DNA from: Elusimicrobiota bacterium
GTDB lineage: Bacteria; CG03; SLGR01; JBDRKX01
Assembly (NCBI GenBank): GCA_043813605.1
Contig: JBDRKX010000045.1
Span: forward strand, 1-15,090
DNA: 15,090 nt
Reading direction: 5' to 3'
In this document: positions 12,301 through 15,090 of the stretch, in pieces
Position numbering within the stretch: the stretch's first letter is position 1
Layout of the letters: each line of letters opens with the position of its first letter
Program-made: the position numbers and the translations under genes
The notes under the pieces: generated by a model
What the model was told of the DNA's origin: nothing
Seen by the model: only the letters and a program-made list of their open reading frames with translations
Database searches by the model: none

Positions 12301-15090
12301 CGCATGTTCCGAATCCGCAAAATCCTTTACTGTCTTGCCCTGTTTATCCACCCAGTCAAACAGCTTCTCTATATTTATTCCGCGCTCATGGTTATCTTCG
12401 ATTATTATGAACTGCGTTTTACCGGACTTGTCTACACCGGCAAATTCCGTAAGCGTATTTATTACGCCGCCTTCACGGTAGAATGACAATGCCGCATAAC
12501 GAGCCACATTACCGAAACCCTGAAGCGATGCTTTCAGACCATTTATGCGCTCTCCGCGGCTTGTAAGTATTGCGCGCAGAACATCTATGGCACCATACCC
12601 CGTTGCCTCTGTCCGGCCTAATGATCCGCCCATATCCACCTGTTTGCCGGTATACACTCCCAGCCACGGCACAGGTTTGCTGTTCTTCCTGGAATATTCC
12701 GTCATAGCTTCCACAAAAGGACAGTCAAGCTCAGCATATCTGTCTATATCATCCAGTATCTTCTTAAGTATCCTGTATAATGAAAGATCAGCATTCTTTA
12801 TCTCATCCGTCTTCTCTACCAGATACCTTATATATTCGTCTTCATACCACTTCAGTATCCCGCCGGTATACATATCAGGCGCAGGTATGTCTATCTCTAT
12901 CCCTACCTGGCCGGCCTCAACCATAGACCGACTGTGTGCCCGGGCTATCCGGCTCAATGACAGTTGGCTGTTCCAGTCCTTTGTATCCGTAAGTACTGCC
13001 TTTATTCTACCGCCGGCATCCTTACTTATTTCCACATTACCAACATAGACCGCGCCTTTGCCGCCGCCCAGGTCAAGGTTAAGTGTCCCGTTCTTCAGAC
13101 TCATACCTATTGCCAGAGCCTCAGCATCACCAGTCACATACTTCGATATCAGGTTCCTTGCATAACCAAGCAGTATATCTTCTTCGCCTTCGCTCCAGCT
13201 TAAAGAGTTAAGTTTTTCCAGAACTTCAACGAACTTCCTGTCATTATTTAATATCAGTGCCGCTATATACCTTATGCCTCCCTTGGCCGGCCCGAGTACT
13301 ATGTTATTCTTAACACGTACCATAAACTTCGCAAAATCACCCTTTACATCTACCCATTCGCTGTATATGTCATAAGGCTTCTGCAGCATCTCTATCACTT
13401 CATCAAGTATTCCCAGGCCCTTACGCACTGCCGCATACTTCTCAGATCCCAGTTCACTCACCCTGCGGTTCATGTCCTGCTTGTACTCATGCTCCGTCTC
13501 TTCTATCAATTTCTCACTTTCACTGCGGACACGCAGATCCATTTTTCCGCCTTCTGGCGACACTACTGCTTCAGATTCATCTATAGTCCTAATCGGTTCC
13601 TGCCCGGATATTTTCTCTAATTTTGCATTTTCAATTACTTTTAGTACTTCTTTTAACTTATCGGTTACGTCATAATATTCACGTACTCCGAATATTTCTT
13701 TTGTTCCAAGGAACCTGAGATAATCCATTTTTTTCAGCGATTTGATCTTCTCTGCAATATACCTGTCCATCTCTTCTCTTATAGCCCGGTTGCCGGATAT
13801 AGCCGAAGTATTATTCCTCTGAATAGCAGCTATATGAGCATTTGCAAGCTGTGAAAGCAGTTCTTTTACAGGTTTATGAGTGTCAACGATTTCCGCGACA
13901 ATCGCTTTATCCGCATCAGTTGCATTCATGGAGACTTTTAAAACTAATAGATCTTCATATATGTCTTCAATACCTAAAATGTCTATATCCCTGCCGCCTA
14001 AGCCGTATATATAGTTTCTTAGAATTATATTATCCCGGCCCTTTTTATTGCTTAAGGCTGAACTTATGTCTGCAAAAAGCGGCGATACCGAACCGAGAGT
14101 GAGCGATTTATCCATAATTGCTACCGCCTGGCCGGGTTTTATGAGTTCTGCTATCTCTTTAGCGGGAAACGGCCGGTAGCTCTGTACTGCAATAATGCCT
14201 GCTTTTATACCTTGGGCTCTTAATTTATCTACAACGACCTCTGCCGTTTCGCCTGTTGAGCCCATTGCGACTATAACTATATCAGCGTCTTTTGTTTGAT
14301 ATGAATTCACTTTAGCGTAATCTCTGTCAGAAATCTTCGCAAAATCTTTCATAACTTCAGAGATGACCCTGTCCGCGTTATCCATTCTGTCAGATAGTTC
14401 CTTTTTATGTTCGGTCTGGTAGTTCTGAAGATCTATAGAACCTATGGCAATCCTTTCTTTTAACAGACTGATATCCGGTTCATATTCGCCTACAAACTTC
14501 TTTACGGCCTTATCATCCAGCATATCCACCAGATTCTTTGTATGACTGGTAATAAACCCGTCATATATAACCATTATCGGCAGGCCCGCTTTCTCGGCAA
14601 TAACCTGGCCCATGATTGTAAAGTCATACGCTTCCTGTGGATTCCTTGCAAAAAGCTGTATCCAACCCTGATCTCTTGCAAGCATAACATCACTGTGGTC
14701 ACCGTGCATATTTGTGGGTGCGGCAAGCGCTCTTGATGCAACAGTCATAAGGATCGGGCAGCGCGTCATCGATGCTATCGGCAATACCTCCATCATGTAC
14801 GCTAATCCTTGTGAAGTCGTAGCTGTCATTGCGCGCACACCTGAGGCTGATGCACCGACACATGCGCTCAATGACGAATGCTCACCATCCACCCTCATAT
14901 ATTCTGAATCTATATCACCGCTATTCTCGTAATCCGAGAGTATTTTAATAACATCTGAAGACGGGGTAATAGGAAAGGCGGTAATCACAGCCGGATTGAT
15001 CTGTCTCACAGCCTCTGCTGCTGCTTCATTTCCGGTTAATACACTGGTCCTTACCAGGTAATTCAGGTACTCTTCAATATCTTCTCCGGC
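1..15090 (-). CDS. Giant multi-enzyme, membrane-anchored protein (internal fragment, >=5,030 aa; start and stop both outside the window)
   Basis: Manual translation of the minus frame whose codons start at 15090, 15087, ... runs from AGEDIEEYLNYLVRTSVLTGNEAAAEAVRQ to ...GDVQEAIDILEYMAQYGRSPDGLTVPSE with no TAA/TAG/TGA. All recognisable enzyme motifs fall in this one frame. The ORF track lists no terminated ORF in this frame, consistent with the absence of a stop. Confidence 0.95.
949..2481 (-). other. Domain of giant CDS: P5C / glutamate-semialdehyde dehydrogenase, copy 2
   Basis: Motifs FENIPAPDF, EVGK, APWNFPLAI, FTGS, AEMGGKD, FAGQKCSACSR (Cys codon 1536-1534), EEIFGPV, VNRKITGA, QPFGGFKLSG, KGGGPDYLYQF. 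Confidence 0.93.
2521..3040 (-). other. Domain of giant CDS: degenerate ALDH-superfamily domain, copy 2
   Basis: NATISFPTEINDYLYIPLGRGV...AAGDEI...DIEWIFFKG...IAPDLVMEFSTAKTISEN is a clear paralog of 5398..5940. Confidence 0.75.
3106..3252 (-). other. Membrane segment 2, preceded by SEKG|SG
   Basis: SEKG-SGTMYALMMAMDPFQILG...IAVGLGILTLAGAALY: one clear transmembrane helix plus a weaker hydrophobic stretch. Confidence 0.65.
3838..5364 (-). other. Domain of giant CDS: P5C / glutamate-semialdehyde dehydrogenase, copy 1
   Basis: Motifs FVNEPTADF, EVGK, EAIDFLNYY, SPWNFPLAI, FTGS, AEMGGKD, FAGQKCSACSR (Cys codon 4428-4426), EIFAPV, ALTGGIYSR, INRGITGA, QPFGGFKRSG, KAGGPDYL. Confidence 0.93.
5398..5940 (-). 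other. Domain of giant CDS: degenerate ALDH-superfamily (Rossmann-only) domain, copy 1
   Basis: AEINTYHYLPLGKGV...AAGN...DPDINWIFFKGS...KKVVTE follows ALDH order, then jumps straight to PDLVMELVTARTVTENMLRRGVAP. PWNFP, EMGGK and the catalytic Cys domain are absent. Confidence 0.75.
6019..7311 (-). other. putA: Domain of giant CDS: proline dehydrogenase (PutA PRODH module)
   Basis: Motifs LQLLYFIDVLP, FFAGET, VDVLGEA, SLKLT, VDIEQ, RLVKGAYW, PAFATHN, EFQLLYGMG, MAYLVRRILENTSNDSF. Confidence 0.93.
7363..8800 (-). other. Domain of giant CDS: M29-family (AmpT/AmpS-like) metallo-aminopeptidase
   Basis: Motifs PGITKEMYNRAVPADY, HVTTPLGTDL, NIPTGESFFSP, HIGEFAFPLN, GNLLEEEKVKKTNHFAFGSNY, SHFDW. 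The Glu/Glu/Glu/His/His/Asp pattern of M29 ligands and catalytic residues is present. Confidence 0.85.
9181..11025 (-). other. pckG: Domain of giant CDS: GTP-dependent phosphoenolpyruvate carboxykinase (resembles the Thermococcus-type subfamily)
   Basis: Motifs GHTIHFDNVGDQARD, QLTDSYYVAHS, FLHSAGELDE, QYAGNSLGLKKLA, GWLAEHM, GAFPSGCGKTS (P-loop), VGDDLA, SHKNARFT, YGGRD, ESETTA, FGVNYF, TPLGYIP. Confidence 0.94.
11059..11229 (-). other. Transmembrane hairpin 1, preceded by SDKG|SANIE
   Basis: LIAGGLTIFGLFFALLNLITG-MGSLAVAAAIATPGLIMTAAMIITLI is about 47 uncharged, largely hydrophobic residues followed by RGK. Confidence 0.8.
11344..11730 (-). other. Domain of giant CDS: Pol-beta-superfamily (minimal) nucleotidyltransferase
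   Basis: IWGFGSTSKMNAGIMSDIDLIIEV matches the hGS-x(9-10)-DhD signature. A candidate third acidic residue lies in LFDVK. Confidence 0.75.
11851..13440 (-). other. gdhA: Domain of giant CDS: Glu/Leu/Phe/Val dehydrogenase, glutamate dehydrogenase-like, with large insertions
   Basis: Motifs GPAKGGIRY, ALAIGMSLK, LGGGKG (catalytic Lys), DIPAPD, TGKQVDMGGSLGRTEATGYG, QGFGNVA (Rossmann), EGANGPT, PDTLVNAAGVTVSSFE. Confidence 0.93.
13939..15048 (-). other. porA: Domain of giant CDS: pyruvate/2-oxoacid:ferredoxin oxidoreductase alpha subunit (PorA-like)
   Basis: Motifs LTGNEAAAEAVRQ, AFPITPSS, GEHSSLSACVGASASGVRAMTATTSQGL, SRALAAPTNMHGDHSD, DGFITSH, IVIVAMGS, YRPFP, YGLGGRD. Confidence 0.92.

Noticed and set aside
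13540..13555. Possible internal start (agaaggcggaaaaATG) just ahead of the GDH domain
   Set aside because: The Shine-Dalgarno-like match is weak and is explained by the E-G-G-K codons. It would need ribosome profiling.
47..14932. The short plus-strand ORFs and the two short minus-strand ORFs (4631..4858, 5046..5243) in the supplied track
   Set aside because: They are antisense or off-frame shadows of the giant CDS, with Ser/Ile/Phe-skewed composition and no recognisable motifs.
1..15090. An ordinary operon of separate genes, or stop-codon reassignment creating an artefactual fusion
   Set aside because: The frame contains none of TAA, TAG or TGA, all domains share one frame, and there are no intergenic gaps.
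1..15090. CRISPR arrays, tRNA/rRNA genes, transposases, inteins
   Set aside because: I saw no regularly spaced repeats, RNA gene signatures, transposase motifs or intein-type splice junction motifs.

Overview
The whole 15,090-bp window is one uninterrupted minus-strand reading frame: 5,030 codons, with no stop in my manual translation, open at both ends. This is probably why the supplied ORF track misses it and shows mainly short antisense shadow ORFs. It is an internal segment of a giant (>5,000 aa) multi-enzyme protein. From N to C it carries: pyruvate/2-oxoacid:ferredoxin oxidoreductase alpha subunit; Glu/Leu/Phe/Val (glutamate) dehydrogenase; a Pol-beta-type nucleotidyltransferase; a transmembrane hairpin; GTP-dependent PEP carboxykinase; an M29 aminopeptidase; proline dehydrogenase; [catalytically empty ALDH-like domain + P5C dehydrogenase]; a membrane segment; a second [empty ALDH-like domain + P5C dehydrogenase]; and the start of a further aldehyde dehydrogenase. 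The catalytic motifs I could check look intact. Together the enzymes outline a peptide -> proline -> glutamate -> 2-oxoacid/PEP catabolic route. Both membrane segments are preceded by S-[DE]-K-G-S, which resembles a prepilin-type cleavage site. A GDH C-terminal helix motif (AGDxYxxxRI) recurs at three module junctions. The architecture resembles the giant genes described in Omnitrophota, but taxonomy cannot be established from this window. Domain boundaries are approximate and were assigned by eye from motifs.
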